This document shows positions 20,832 through 30,772 of a stretch of DNA of 64,000 nt, piece by piece (positions within the stretch are counted from its first letter, which is position 1; each line of letters opens with the position of its first letter). A program made the translations under genes and the position numbers. The notes beneath the pieces were generated by a model, which saw only the letters and a list, made by a program, of their open reading frames with translations, made no database searches and was not told where the DNA came from. Origin of the DNA: Thalassobaculaceae bacterium (GTDB lineage Bacteria > Pseudomonadota > Alphaproteobacteria > Thalassobaculales > Thalassobaculaceae); the NCBI GenBank assembly GCA_965228875.1, contig OZ245843.1, positions 3,392,616-3,456,615 on the forward strand, read 5' to 3'.

Positions 20832-21515
20832 ATGCCGGACCTGGCCGAACTCTGGTCGCCGATCCGGCTGACCCTGATGCTGGCAGCAACGACCACCGTC
20901 GTCCTGCTGTTCGTGGCCACGCCCGTCGCCTGGTGGCTGGCGCGCTCGCCGGCCCGCTGGAAGGAGGCGGTGGCGGCGGTCGTCGCCCTGCCCCTGGTGC
21001 TGCCGCCGACGGTCCTCGGCTTCTATCTGCTCATGCTGCTGGGACCCGACGGGCCGGGCGGCTGGATCGCCGGGCTCGGCGGCGCGCGATCGCTCGCCTT
21101 CACCTTCACCGGCCTGGTCATCGGCTCGGTCGTCTACTCCCTGCCCTTCGTGGTGCAGCCGATCCGCAACGCCTTCGAGGCGATGGGCGAACGTCCACTC
21201 GAGGCGGCGGCGACGCTGCGGGCGGGGCCGTGGGACGCGTTCTGGACGGTCGCCGTCCCTCTGGCCCGGCGCGGCTTCCTGACCGGGGCCGTTCTCGGCT
21301 TCGCCCACACCATGGGCGAGTTCGGCGTGATCCTGATGATCGGCGGCAACATCCCGGGCGAGACGCGGGTGCTGTCGGTGGCGATCTACGACTACGTCGA
21401 GACCCTGCGCTGGGCCGAGGCGCACCTGCTCGCCGGCGGCATGGTGGTCTTCGCCTTCGCCGTGATCCTGACGATGCTGGTGCTGGAGAAGCGCATCGGC
21501 CGGAGTGGCGAATGA
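20832..21515 (+). CDS. modB: Molybdate ABC permease
   Basis: [36 protein letters not shown]. Confidence 0.95.
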   Translation: MPDLAELWSPIRLTLMLAATTTVVLLFVATPVAWWLARSPARWKEAVAAVVALPLVLPPTVLGFYLLMLLGPDGPGGWIAGLGGARSLAFTFTGLVIGSVVYSLPFVVQPIRNAFEAMGERPLEAAATLRAGPWDAFWTVAVPLARRGFLTGAVLGFAHTMGEFGVILMIGGNIPGETRVLSVAIYDYVETLRWAEAHLLAGGMVVFAFAVILTMLVLEKRIGRSGE

Positions 21516-21528
21516 GGTGGGGCGCACC

Positions 21529-22659
21529 ATGACCGGCGGTTCCGACCTGCAGGCCCGGTTCGCCGGGCGGCTCGATCCCGGTGCCGGGGGGTTTGCTCTC
21601 GACGTCGCCTTCTCGGCGCCGATGCACGGCATCACCGCCCTGTTCGGCCCGTCGGGCTCCGGCAAGACCAGCGTGCTGCGGGCGATCGCCGGACTGGCGC
21701 GGATCCCGGGGCGTCTCTCGGTTGCCGGTCAGGTCTGGCAGGACGGCGACGCCGGGACGTTCCTGCCCCCCCATCGGCGTCCGATCGGCTACGTCTTCCA
21801 GGAAGCGAGCCTGTTCCCCCACCTCTCGGTCCGATCGAACCTGCTCTACGGCGCCCGGCGGGCCGGCGGGCCGGCGGCTTCGGCGGCCGAGGCGATCGGC
21901 TTCGACGAGGCGGTCGACCTGCTCGGTCTGGAGCGTCTGCTCGAGCGGGCACCGGATCGGCTGTCGGGCGGCGAGCGTCAGCGGGTGGCGGTCGGTCGCG
22001 CCCTGCTGTCCCGTCCGCGGCTGCTCCTCATGGACGAGCCGCTCTCCGCGCTCGACGACGCCTCCCGCGGCGAGATTCTGTCCACGTTCGAGCGGCTGCA
22101 CGCCGCCCTGTCGATACCGGTTCTCTACGTCAGCCACGACCTGGCCGAGGTGGCGCGGCTGGCCGACCGGATGGTCGTGCTGTCGGCCGGCCGCGTCGTC
22201 GCCGAGGGGGCGATGGCGCAGATCATGGAGCGTCTCGACCTGGAGCCGGCGACCGGGCGGTTCGAGGCCGGCGTGGTCCTGACCGCGACGGTCACCGGCC
22301 ACGACCCGACCTACCACCTCACCCGGCTCGATCTGGCGGGCCAGCCGGTCTCGATTCCGCGGGTCGCCGTGGAACCGGGGGATCGGGCCCGGCTGCGCAT
22401 CCGCGCCCGCGACGTCGCCCTGGCGACCCGCCCGCCCGAGGGGATCAGCATCCGCAACCGGCTGGACGGCCGGGTCGTCGAGATCGCCCTGCGCGACGGC
22501 ACGCCCTATGCCGAGATCCTGGTGGAAATCGGCGACGGCGCGGCCCAGGCGGCACGGCTGCGCGCCCGGGTGACCCGCGAAGCGGTCGAGGATCTGGCGC
22601 TCGCCGCCGGGACACGGGTCTACGCGCTGGTGAAGACCATCTCGTTCGACGGGCGGTAG
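21529..22659 (+). CDS. modC: Molybdate ABC ATP-binding protein with TOBE domain
   Basis: GPSGSGKTS, VFQEASLFPHL, LSGGE, SIRNRL TOBE motif. Confidence 0.95.
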   Translation: MTGGSDLQARFAGRLDPGAGGFALDVAFSAPMHGITALFGPSGSGKTSVLRAIAGLARIPGRLSVAGQVWQDGDAGTFLPPHRRPIGYVFQEASLFPHLSVRSNLLYGARRAGGPAASAAEAIGFDEAVDLLGLERLLERAPDRLSGGERQRVAVGRALLSRPRLLLMDEPLSALDDASRGEILSTFERLHAALSIPVLYVSHDLAEVARLADRMVVLSAGRVVAEGAMAQIMERLDLEPATGRFEAGVVLTATVTGHDPTYHLTRLDLAGQPVSIPRVAVEPGDRARLRIRARDVALATRPPEGISIRNRLDGRVVEIALRDGTPYAEILVEIGDGAAQAARLRARVTREAVEDLALAAGTRVYALVKTISFDGR

Positions 22660-22763
22660 CCGAGACCCCGCGCGGATGCCGCGCCGCAAAGCGTTTCCAA
22701 CGGAGCCGATCCCGCCTTAGGATCGCCGCCCGACGAGACCACGCCCACCCACGGAACGCCACG

Positions 22764-23240
22764 ATGCCCCAGTCCATCCTGCTGATCGAACCGGATTTCG
22801 GCCGGGCCGCCCAGTTCCAGGCCGTCGTCGCCAACCGCAGCCGCCAGGTCACCGTGGCCCCCGGCATCGACGAGGCGCTGCTCATCGTGACCACGGCCCC
22901 GCCCGACGTCATCGTGATCTCGCCGCCACCCAAGGAAAAGACCCCGGCCAACGCCAAGGCCGGACGCCAGCCGCCCCAGGGCATCGCGACGGTCAAGCGC
23001 CTGCGCACGGTCGAGCGATTTTCCGGACCGGTCCTGGTTCTGACCGACAGCACGGCGCGGGACGACCAACTGGATTTCTACAAGGCCGGCGCCGACGACC
23101 TCTGCCCGCGGTGGAGCGGGCTCGGTTACATGCTCGAGCGACTGTCCTTCTGGTTCGAGAACACCACCAACAGCCTCAAGGCCTTCGAGCGGCGCAAGGA
23201 AGCGATCGATGCGCTTCTCGACAGAAAGGCGCCCGGCTGA
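22764..23240 (+). CDS. Atypical single-domain response-regulator receiver
   Basis: ILLIEPD...PDVIVIS...PVLVLT...KAGADD receiver pattern; phospho-Asp appears replaced by Ser. Confidence 0.7.
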   Translation: MPQSILLIEPDFGRAAQFQAVVANRSRQVTVAPGIDEALLIVTTAPPDVIVISPPPKEKTPANAKAGRQPPQGIATVKRLRTVERFSGPVLVLTDSTARDDQLDFYKAGADDLCPRWSGLGYMLERLSFWFENTTNSLKAFERRKEAIDALLDRKAPG

Positions 23241-23379
23241 CTTTTGATTGACGCCTCTCGGGAACGGCTCCCACGTCCGCCGGCCGGTACCCTTTACCGC
23301 CATCCGATGATTGACTCCGGGCCACGGCGGACGACCTCAGAGAGCGACGCCGGATCGCGGGAGCAGGGAAAGGACGGGC

Positions 23380-24585
23380 ATGTCGGGACCACTGGAGGGA
23401 ATTCGCATCGTCGATCTGACCAACGTGGTCTCGGGTCCGCTCGCGACCATGGTCCTGGCCGACCAGGGCGCCGAGGTCATCAAGATCGAGCATCCGGCGG
23501 GCGGCGACTTCACCCGCGCCATGAACAACCGGCGGGGCGGCTTCTCCGCGTCCTTTCTCAACAACAACCGCTCCAAGCGGTCGGTCGCCCTCGACCTCAA
23601 GGACCCTCGGGGTGTCGAGGCGGTCCTGCGCCTGGCCGCGACCGCCGACGCCTTCGTTCAGAACTTCCGGCCCGGCGTGACCGAGCGCATGGGGCTCGGC
23701 GAAGCGGCGGTTCGGGCCGCCAATCCGTCGATCGTCTACTGCTCGATCAGCGGTTTCGGCGAAGCCGGCCCCTATGCCGACAAGCCGGTCTACGATCCCC
23801 TGGTCCAGGCGCTGTCGGGCCTGACCTCGATCCAGGGCGGCTCCGACGCGGCGCGACCGCGCCTGGTGCGCACCATCATCCCGGACAAGCTCACGGGCTA
23901 CACCTCGGCCCAGGCGATCACGGCCGCCCTGCTGAAACGGGAGCGCACCGGCGAGGGCCAGCACGTGAAGGTCTCGATGCTCGACAGCGTGATCGATTTC
24001 CTCTGGCACTCCGACATGGGCAGCCAGACCTTCGTCGGCGACGAGCTGCCGCAGGAGAAGGCGGCGAGCTTCATCGACCTGATCTACGAGACGACCGACG
24101 GCTACATCACCGTGGCGGTCAACACCGACAGGCAGTGGCAGGCGCTGACGCGCGCGCTGGAGCGGCCGGAATGGCTCGAAGACCCGCGCTTCGCCACTCC
24201 CGCGCTGCGGCATGAACACATCGACGACCGCCTGACCCTGACCCAGAGCGTGCTGAAGACCGCGAGTTCGTCGCACTGGCTGGAACGCCTTGAGGCCCAC
24301 GACGTGCCGTGCGCGCCGGTGCTGACCCGAAGCGCGATGATCGAACACCCGCAGATCGCCGCCAGCGGGGTTGTCGTCGAGCTCGACCATCCCGAGGCCG
24401 GTCGGCTGCGCCAGGCCCGTCCCGCCGCCACCTTCTCGGTCACCGCGCCGGACCTGTCGCACGGGGCGCCGGGTCTCGGGGCCGACACCGACGCGATGCT
24501 CGCCTCCGCCGGGTTCACGGAGGACGAGATCGCCGCCCTTCGCGCCGACGGTGTCGCCGGGGCACATGCGGAGCACGCGGCATGA
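23380..24585 (+). CDS. CaiB/BaiF family III CoA-transferase
   Basis: GPLEGIRIVDL, LADQGAEVIKIE, QNFRPG, catalytic Asp in IIPDK. Confidence 0.93.
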   Translation: MSGPLEGIRIVDLTNVVSGPLATMVLADQGAEVIKIEHPAGGDFTRAMNNRRGGFSASFLNNNRSKRSVALDLKDPRGVEAVLRLAATADAFVQNFRPGVTERMGLGEAAVRAANPSIVYCSISGFGEAGPYADKPVYDPLVQALSGLTSIQGGSDAARPRLVRTIIPDKLTGYTSAQAITAALLKRERTGEGQHVKVSMLDSVIDFLWHSDMGSQTFVGDELPQEKAASFIDLIYETTDGYITVAVNTDRQWQALTRALERPEWLEDPRFATPALRHEHIDDRLTLTQSVLKTASSSHWLERLEAHDVPCAPVLTRSAMIEHPQIAASGVVVELDHPEAGRLRQARPAATFSVTAPDLSHGAPGLGADTDAMLASAGFTEDEIAALRADGVAGAHAEHAA

Positions 24586-25277
24586 TCGACTTCTACTATT
24601 GGCCGACGCCGAACGGCTGGAAGGTCGCGATCCTGCTCGAGGAGCTCGGGGTCGACTACAACCTGATCCCGCTGAACATCTCCAAGGGCGACCAGTTCCG
24701 GCCAGAGTTCCTGGCGATCAGCCCGAACAACCGCATGCCGGCGATCGTCGACCGCGACGTCGACGGCGAACCGGTCCCCATCTTCGAATCCGGCGCCATC
24801 CTCTACTACCTTGCCCGCAAGACCGGGCGGTTCATGCCGAGCGATCCGCGCGGCGAGAAGGATGTGCTGGAGTGGCTGTTCTGGCAGACCGGCAATCAGG
24901 GGCCGATGGGCGGACAGCTCAGTCATTTCGTGAACTACGCGCCCGAGGACGTGCCCTACGCCAAGACCCGCTACCTGAACGAGTACGACCGCTGCCTCGC
25001 CGTACTGGAGCGCCGATTGGAGGGGCGGGAGTGGATCGTCGGCGACAGCTACACGATCGCCGACATGATCTGCTGGCCCTGGGTCCTCATCGCCAAGCCG
25101 CTCGGCGCGTCGCTGGAATCGTATCCCAACGTCGCCCGCTGGCGCGCGCGGGTTAAGGAGCGCCCGGCCGTGCAGCGCGCCGTCGATCTCGGCAAGGAGT
25201 TCCGCCGTTCCGCCCCACCGACCGACGAGGAGCGTCGTATCCTGTTCACCCAGAGCGGGGCGAGCGTGACGCGCTGA
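24582..25277 (+). CDS. Glutathione S-transferase, Nu class (YfcG/YghU-like)
   Basis: TPNGWK, SPNNRMPAIVD, FESGAIL, TIADM motifs; ATGA overlap with CoA-transferase. Confidence 0.9.
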   Translation: MIDFYYWPTPNGWKVAILLEELGVDYNLIPLNISKGDQFRPEFLAISPNNRMPAIVDRDVDGEPVPIFESGAILYYLARKTGRFMPSDPRGEKDVLEWLFWQTGNQGPMGGQLSHFVNYAPEDVPYAKTRYLNEYDRCLAVLERRLEGREWIVGDSYTIADMICWPWVLIAKPLGASLESYPNVARWRARVKERPAVQRAVDLGKEFRRSAPPTDEERRILFTQSGASVTR

Positions 25278-25418
25278 TGCCCGAAGGCCACGGCAGGCGC
25301 CGGACGGTCGCTGCCGACCGGTGGGATCGCGCCCCGGAAGCCTTGTTGGTGCATTCGGAATGTTACAGTAATGTGGCCGCCACCTGTTCCGTCATCTACC
25401 CGACCGATGGAGTCGACG

Positions 25419-26921
25419 ATGCTCACCACCCTGCGCACTCTGCTGTTCGCGATCGTGGCCGTGGCCGCGCTCGCCGGGCCGGCGACCGCCGAGCCGCTGA
25501 AACTGGTCATCCTGCACCTGAACGACTGGGATAACATGGAGAGCGCCGGCAAGGTCGCCACCGTGATCTCCGAGGAGAAGACAGCGGCGACGGCCGACGG
25601 CGCCGTCGCCCTGGTCACCTTCGGTGGCGACATGATCTCGCCCTCGCTGATGAGCGGCATCGACAAGGGCGCGCACATGATCGAATTGGCCGAGCAGGTC
25701 GGCATCCAGTACGCCACGCTCGGCAACCACGAGTTCGACCTCGGCGACGACGTGTTGAAGGCGCGGGTGGCCGAGTCGGACTTCGCCTGGATCTCCAGCA
25801 ACGTCACCCTGGACGGCGGCGCGTTCCCGGGTGTCGGCGGCCCGCAGATCGTCGAGATCGACGGCTACAAGATCGGCATGATCGGCCTGACGACGCCGGA
25901 CACCACCTTCCTGGCCAGCCCGGGTCCCGGCGTAAAGTTCGAGGACTACGTCAGCGCCGCCGGTCGCGACGTGGCCGCCCTGAAGGAACAGGGCGCCGAC
26001 TTCATCATCGCGCTGAGCCACGGCGGCGAGGGTCTCGACCGCGAGCTGGTCCGCCTGGTCAAGGACGTCGATCTGGTGCTGGGCGGCCACGACGAGGTGG
26101 CGCGCGTCTACTATGACGGCCGTGACATGCTGGTGGGCGCGGGCGCGGTGGGCGAGTTCGTCGCCAAGACCACCATCACGATCGACAAGGTCGAGAAGCG
26201 CGGCAAGCTGCGCGTGGTGTGGTCCCCGACCTTCGACCTCATCGCCACGGCCGGCGCCACGCCCGATCCGAAGGTTCAGGAGCAGGTCGACGCTTATGAG
26301 GCCGCCCTCGACGCGGGTCTGGGTCAGGTCATCGGCAAGACCGATGTGGATCTCGACACACGGCGCGCCTCGATCCGCTCCATGGAGACCGCCTTCGGCA
26401 ACCTCGTGGCCGACGCCAGCCGGACGGCGACCGGCTCGGATGTCGGACTGGCGAACGGCGGCGGCATCCGCGGCGACACCGTCTACCCGGCGGGCACGGA
26501 ACTGACCCGCAAGACCATCCTGACCGAACTGCCGTTCGGCAATGCCACCGTCAAGCTCGAGGTCACCGGGGCGATCCTGCGGGAGGCGCTGGAACACGGA
26601 GTCAGCGGCGTCGAGGACGGCCAGGGCCGGTTCCCGCAGGTCTCCGGCCTCAGCTTCACCTTCGACGCCTCGAAGCCGGTCGGCGAGCGGGTGGTCGACG
26701 TGACGGTCGGCGGCGCGCCGCTGGACGACGCCGCCACCTACACGCTGGCCACCAACGACTATGTCGGCGGCGGGGGCGACGGCTACGGCATGCTGCGCCA
26801 GGCCAAGGTGCTGATCGACGGGATTTCCGGCGGCCTGCTGGCGGGACAGGTGATCGACTACGTCCAGGCCAAGGGAACGATCGCCACGGCGGCCGAGGGC
26901 CGGATCAAGCGCCTCGACTGA
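25419..26921 (+). CDS. Periplasmic 5'-nucleotidase/metallophosphoesterase (UshA-like)
   Basis: Signal peptide, GGD, LGNHEFD, GGH, NGGGIRG, LPFGN, FPQVSG, GGDGY. Confidence 0.9.
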   Translation: MLTTLRTLLFAIVAVAALAGPATAEPLKLVILHLNDWDNMESAGKVATVISEEKTAATADGAVALVTFGGDMISPSLMSGIDKGAHMIELAEQVGIQYATLGNHEFDLGDDVLKARVAESDFAWISSNVTLDGGAFPGVGGPQIVEIDGYKIGMIGLTTPDTTFLASPGPGVKFEDYVSAAGRDVAALKEQGADFIIALSHGGEGLDRELVRLVKDVDLVLGGHDEVARVYYDGRDMLVGAGAVGEFVAKTTITIDKVEKRGKLRVVWSPTFDLIATAGATPDPKVQEQVDAYEAALDAGLGQVIGKTDVDLDTRRASIRSMETAFGNLVADASRTATGSDVGLANGGGIRGDTVYPAGTELTRKTILTELPFGNATVKLEVTGAILREALEHGVSGVEDGQGRFPQVSGLSFTFDASKPVGERVVDVTVGGAPLDDAATYTLATNDYVGGGGDGYGMLRQAKVLIDGISGGLLAGQVIDYVQAKGTIATAAEGRIKRLD

Positions 26922-26928
26922 CCCGATC

Positions 26929-27043
26929 CAGAGCAAATCACGATCAGATGGAAACATCCGATCGTATGAATTTGCTCTATCTTCAATGGGTTAGAGGGCG
27001 ATCCACGGTTCAGATCGATTCGATCTGAACCGATCGCACTCTA
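26929..27043 (+). repeat. ~115-bp double-hairpin intergenic repeat, copy 2
   Basis: AGAGCAAAT..hairpin..ATTTGCTCT, spacer, TAGAG..hairpin..CTCTA; aligns with copies 1 and 3. Confidence 0.85.
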
Positions 27044-27056
27044 CAGACACCATGCA

Positions 27057-27084
27057 GCGGCCCGCGTCCTCGGATGCGGGCCGT
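27057..27084. terminator. GC-rich hairpin between convergent genes
   Basis: GCGGCCCGCGTCC-tc-GGATGCGGGCCGT. Confidence 0.5.
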
Positions 27085-27089
27085 TCCGT

Positions 27090-27977
27090 TTACGGCGTCG
27101 GCGTCAGCACGAAATCCGTCTCGACCGTCCAGAACGGGTTCGCGACACCGAACTCCGCCGCCCGCGCCGGATCGTCGTTGTGGGCGAACTCGCGGATCAG
27201 GCTCTGCTTCACTCCGAACACCGCGTCGCTGTCCAGATATGGATCGTCATGCACGAAGATGTGGGTGGTGACGGTCTCGAAACCGGGGGCGGAGACGATG
27301 TAGTGCAGGTGCGCCGGGCGGATGTTGCCGCGCCCGAGACCGTGCAGCATCCGTCCGACCGGCCCGTCATCGGGGATTCCGTAGTAGACCGGCTTGACCG
27401 CCCGGTAGGAGAACCGCCCGTCCGCCCCGGTGCGAAAGACGCCGCGCAGGTTGTGCTCCGGCTGCACCCCGGGCTGCTGCACGTCGTAGAAGCCGTCATG
27501 GCTGGTCTGCCAGGTATCGACGACCGCGCCCTCGACCGGGCGACCGTCGACGTCGACCACGCGGCCCGACACCACCAGCGGTTCGCCCTTGCCGTCCCGC
27601 GAGATGGTGTCGCCGATCTCGAGATCCGGCGCGCCTTCCACGTGGAACGGGCCGAGGACCGTGTTCTCGGTGGCGCCGCTCGGCCGTCGGGTGTTGATGG
27701 CGTCGACCAGCATCGAGACCCCGAGCACATCCGACAGCAGAATGTATTCCTGACGCCGGTCGTCGCACATCTGCCCGGTCTCGGTCAGGAACCGGATCGC
27801 CGACATCCACTCCTCGTAGCTCGGTTCCACCTCCTTCACCACCGCGTGCAGGTGGGTAATGACCGAGCGCATCACCTCGGCCAGGCGCGGATCTTCGGGC
27901 GACACCATCCGGGCAATCACCGTCTCCGCCGAGGTCTCCTCGGTGAAGTACGGAACTCGCTGATCGCTGCTCGTCAT
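27090..27977 (-). CDS. Intradiol ring-cleavage dioxygenase (hydroxyquinol/catechol 1,2-dioxygenase family)
   Basis: EYILLSDVLG, TVLGPF, Fe ligands GFYD, YGIP, RPAHLH. Confidence 0.92.
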   Translation of the reverse strand: MTSSDQRVPYFTEETSAETVIARMVSPEDPRLAEVMRSVITHLHAVVKEVEPSYEEWMSAIRFLTETGQMCDDRRQEYILLSDVLGVSMLVDAINTRRPSGATENTVLGPFHVEGAPDLEIGDTISRDGKGEPLVVSGRVVDVDGRPVEGAVVDTWQTSHDGFYDVQQPGVQPEHNLRGVFRTGADGRFSYRAVKPVYYGIPDDGPVGRMLHGLGRGNIRPAHLHYIVSAPGFETVTTHIFVHDDPYLDSDAVFGVKQSLIREFAHNDDPARAAEFGVANPFWTVETDFVLTPTP

Positions 27978-28052
27978 GCATCGCCTCCCCGGCCGGCCAA
28001 TCTCCGGGGCAGGATAGAGGCGATCCGGCGCGCGGTAAAACGCCGCGCCGGC

Positions 28053-29246
28053 TCAGCGCAACTGGAACTGGACGGGCACGACCAACTCCAGCCGCGCCTG
28101 GGTCATGTCGGGCGGAAGGGCCGGCAGCGGCTCGGCCCGGCGGATCATCTCCTCGACCTCGCGGTCGAGCAGACGATGGCCGGAGCTGCGGTCGATCCGA
28201 TGCTCCAGAACCCGACCGGCGCGATCCATGACGAAGTAGAGCCAGACGACGCCCTCCTGACGTCGGCTGCGCGCCCTGCGCGGGTACTCCTTGTGATCCT
28301 CGAGCCAGGCCTGGAGGATCGAAACATAGTCGACCGACACGCCGGGGCGGCCGCCGCCGCTCGACGCCTGTGCGCTCCCCGATTGCTGCGCCTGGCCGAC
28401 ACCGCTGCGGCCGGCCGCACCGCTGGACTGGGCGGGGGCCGGGCGGCTGGTATCGGCGGCCGGCGCCTCGACCGCGGCGGCGGCCTGACGGACGGCAGGC
28501 GCGGGCTCAACCTCGGTCTTTTCCGGAACCGGCGGCCGCGGCCGCGCCACCGGCAGGGGCGGCGCGTCGACCGGCGGGGTCTCGGGAGTCACGCGGGCCG
28601 GAGTCACCCGGGCGACGGTCATCGGCTTCGGCGGTGCCGGCGTCACCTCGACGGGCGGGGCAACCGGTTCGACCGGAGCGGGCGCCACGTCGGCACGCGC
28701 GACCTCCACGGGTCTGGGCGGCGCGACCGGCTCCGTCTTTTCCGGCGGTGCGATCGCCACAACCTCGTCCACCGGTTCGACACGCTCGGCCGGTTCGATG
28801 GCGAGGTCCGTCGGCGCGACCTCCGGCGGCGTCTCGGCGAGGGCTTCGGGGATTTCGGTCTCCGCCGACACCGGCGGGGGGGCCTCGGCGACCTCGACGG
28901 CATCGGGCCTGTCTCGCTCGATCGGCGTCGGCGGCACCGTTTCCGCGACCGGGGCGTCGGGCGGCGTCTCCTCGCGTTCGGCGGTGTCCGGCGGCGTCAC
29001 GTCCGGCTCCGCGCTCGGCGCGGCGGCAGGGTCGACGGCGTCGGCGGTGTCGATCTCGCTGACCACATCGGCCTGGCTGCCGGGGGCGCCGCCGGACGGT
29101 CCGAGCGACACCTGGATCCCACCGGAACCGGAGCCGGCCGCTCCCTTCGGCGGCGGCTCCAGGGCCATGGCGATGGCGGCGGCCACATGGATCACGGCGG
29201 CCACGCCGATCGCCAGGCCCATGTGATGCGACCGGATCCGCATCAC
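28053..29246 (-). CDS. tonB: TonB energy transducer
   Basis: N-terminal TM with His, long Pro/Glu-rich linker, YP..A..RRQEG...SSG...LD C-terminal domain. Confidence 0.88.
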   Translation of the reverse strand: MMRIRSHHMGLAIGVAAVIHVAAAIAMALEPPPKGAAGSGSGGIQVSLGPSGGAPGSQADVVSEIDTADAVDPAAAPSAEPDVTPPDTAEREETPPDAPVAETVPPTPIERDRPDAVEVAEAPPPVSAETEIPEALAETPPEVAPTDLAIEPAERVEPVDEVVAIAPPEKTEPVAPPRPVEVARADVAPAPVEPVAPPVEVTPAPPKPMTVARVTPARVTPETPPVDAPPLPVARPRPPVPEKTEVEPAPAVRQAAAAVEAPAADTSRPAPAQSSGAAGRSGVGQAQQSGSAQASSGGGRPGVSVDYVSILQAWLEDHKEYPRRARSRRQEGVVWLYFVMDRAGRVLEHRIDRSSGHRLLDREVEEMIRRAEPLPALPPDMTQARLELVVPVQFQLR

Positions 29247-29656
29247 CCACCCCCGGCCGGTGCGGGAACGGTGAGAAGCTGAAGCGTCTCGATGCCCGCC
29301 GCCCGCAGCAGTTCCATGATCGCGACGACGCGGACCGCCTCGACCCCGCCATCGGCCTTCAGGCGGACCGCCGCCGGCACGCCCTCCCCGACCTGCGCGG
29401 CGACGGCCGCCGTCAGCGCCGACTCCTCAAGCTCCTCACCGTTGAGGGCGAGGCGGCCGTCGGCGCCGACCTGAACCAGAAGCTGCTCGATCTCGACCTT
29501 GCCGGCACCGGCCGATCGCGGCGGATCGATCTTGAACGGATCGCTCGCCGACAGGCGGCCCGCCAACATGAAGAAGATCAGCAGAAGGAAGACGACGTTG
29601 ATCAGCGGCAGGATCCGGTCGTCCTCGTTCCTCGGCCTCTGTCGCGCGAACCGCAT
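29243..29656 (-). CDS. exbD: ExbD/TolR family protein
   Basis: LPLINVVFLLLIFFM TM (Asn at the usual Asp position), LKAD motif. Confidence 0.88.
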   Translation of the reverse strand: MRFARQRPRNEDDRILPLINVVFLLLIFFMLAGRLSASDPFKIDPPRSAGAGKVEIEQLLVQVGADGRLALNGEELEESALTAAVAAQVGEGVPAAVRLKADGGVEAVRVVAIMELLRAAGIETLQLLTVPAPAGGG

Positions 29657-29664
29657 GGGGCCTC

Positions 29665-30105
29665 CTACCGGGCGCCCGCGCGCACGAAGGAGAGATCGCT
29701 CACGCCGATCGCCGACAGGCGGTCGAGCACGTCGACCGTCGCCTGCAGAGCAACGCCGTCGGCCGGCTTGATCAGGACGCGCTGATCCGGCGCCTCCTTC
29801 AGGCGCGCACCGATCCGGCGCTCGACCTCCGCCATCGGCAGCACATGGCCGCCGAGCCTGAGGCCGTCCTCGCGGATCTCAAGCAGCATGGCGCCGGTCA
29901 TGGCAGACCCGGCTCCGGCCGAGGCCGGTGGGGCGAGGTCGATCGACCGCCAGTCCAGGAAGCTCGATGCGAGCATGAAGAACACCAGGAGAATGAACAC
30001 CACGTCGATCAGTGGTGTCAGGCTTATGACCGCCCGGCGTCGCCGCCCGCTACTCGCCAGCAGTTGCGGCGGCGCCCAGGCGTCCGGCTCGGGGCTCGTA
30101 TGCAT
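29665..30105 (-). CDS. exbD: ExbD/TolR family protein
   Basis: SLTPLIDVVFILLVFFM TM with conserved Asp; start overlaps exbB by 56 nt. Confidence 0.88.
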   Translation of the reverse strand: MHTSPEPDAWAPPQLLASSGRRRRAVISLTPLIDVVFILLVFFMLASSFLDWRSIDLAPPASAGAGSAMTGAMLLEIREDGLRLGGHVLPMAEVERRIGARLKEAPDQRVLIKPADGVALQATVDVLDRLSAIGVSDLSFVRAGAR

Positions 30106-30763
30106 GGCTGTCGCTTTCTCCGACCCCGATGGAGAGGTCCTGGGTGAAGACGCCCGTGATGGCGCTGTCCATGTCGTGGGCGACCCGCTCGACGACCCGC
30201 TCCAGCCAGTTCAGGGCCGCCACCGCCGGGATCGCCACCGCCAGGCCGACGGCGGTGGTCAGCAGCGCCTCCCAGATCCCGCCGGAGAGTACCGACGGAT
30301 CGACCTGGTTGCCCGCCGCCTCAAGCTGCTGAAACGCCCCGATCATTCCGAGCACGGTGCCGAACAGGCCGAGCAGCGGCGCCAGGGAGGCGATCACCTC
30401 CAGGGGCCGCAGATAGCCGCGCAGTTCCTCCAGCATGTCGCCGCCGAACCGGACCACCTCCTCGCGGACCTTGGTCTCGGGCAGGCCGCGCTGGCTGCCG
30501 AGGATCGCCCGGGCGACGGCCTGGGCCACCGGGTTGCGGGAACTCCGCACCGCCGCCAGCGCCTCCTGCGGCCGGCCGGCGCGCACCAGTGTCAATGCCA
30601 GCCGCACCCGGTCGCGTTCTCCGAGCCGCGCGGCATGAAACTGCCAGAACTTGACCAGGACGATGGCCAGCGTGACCACCGACATCGCAATAAGGACCAG
30701 CACGACCGGCCCGCCGGCGGCGAGCATCGCGGATATCTCGTCCAGGGTCTCGGGGGCTATCAT
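30050..30763 (-). CDS. exbB: MotA/TolQ/ExbB proton channel protein
   Basis: APLLGLFGTVLGMI, GIWEALLTTAVGL; start uncertain (in-frame ATGs upstream inside the repeat). Confidence 0.92.
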   Translation of the reverse strand: MIAPETLDEISAMLAAGGPVVLVLIAMSVVTLAIVLVKFWQFHAARLGERDRVRLALTLVRAGRPQEALAAVRSSRNPVAQAVARAILGSQRGLPETKVREEVVRFGGDMLEELRGYLRPLEVIASLAPLLGLFGTVLGMIGAFQQLEAAGNQVDPSVLSGGIWEALLTTAVGLAVAIPAVAALNWLERVVERVAHDMDSAITGVFTQDLSIGVGESDSHAYEPRAGRLGAAATAGE

Positions 30764-30772
30764 ACCGGCGCT

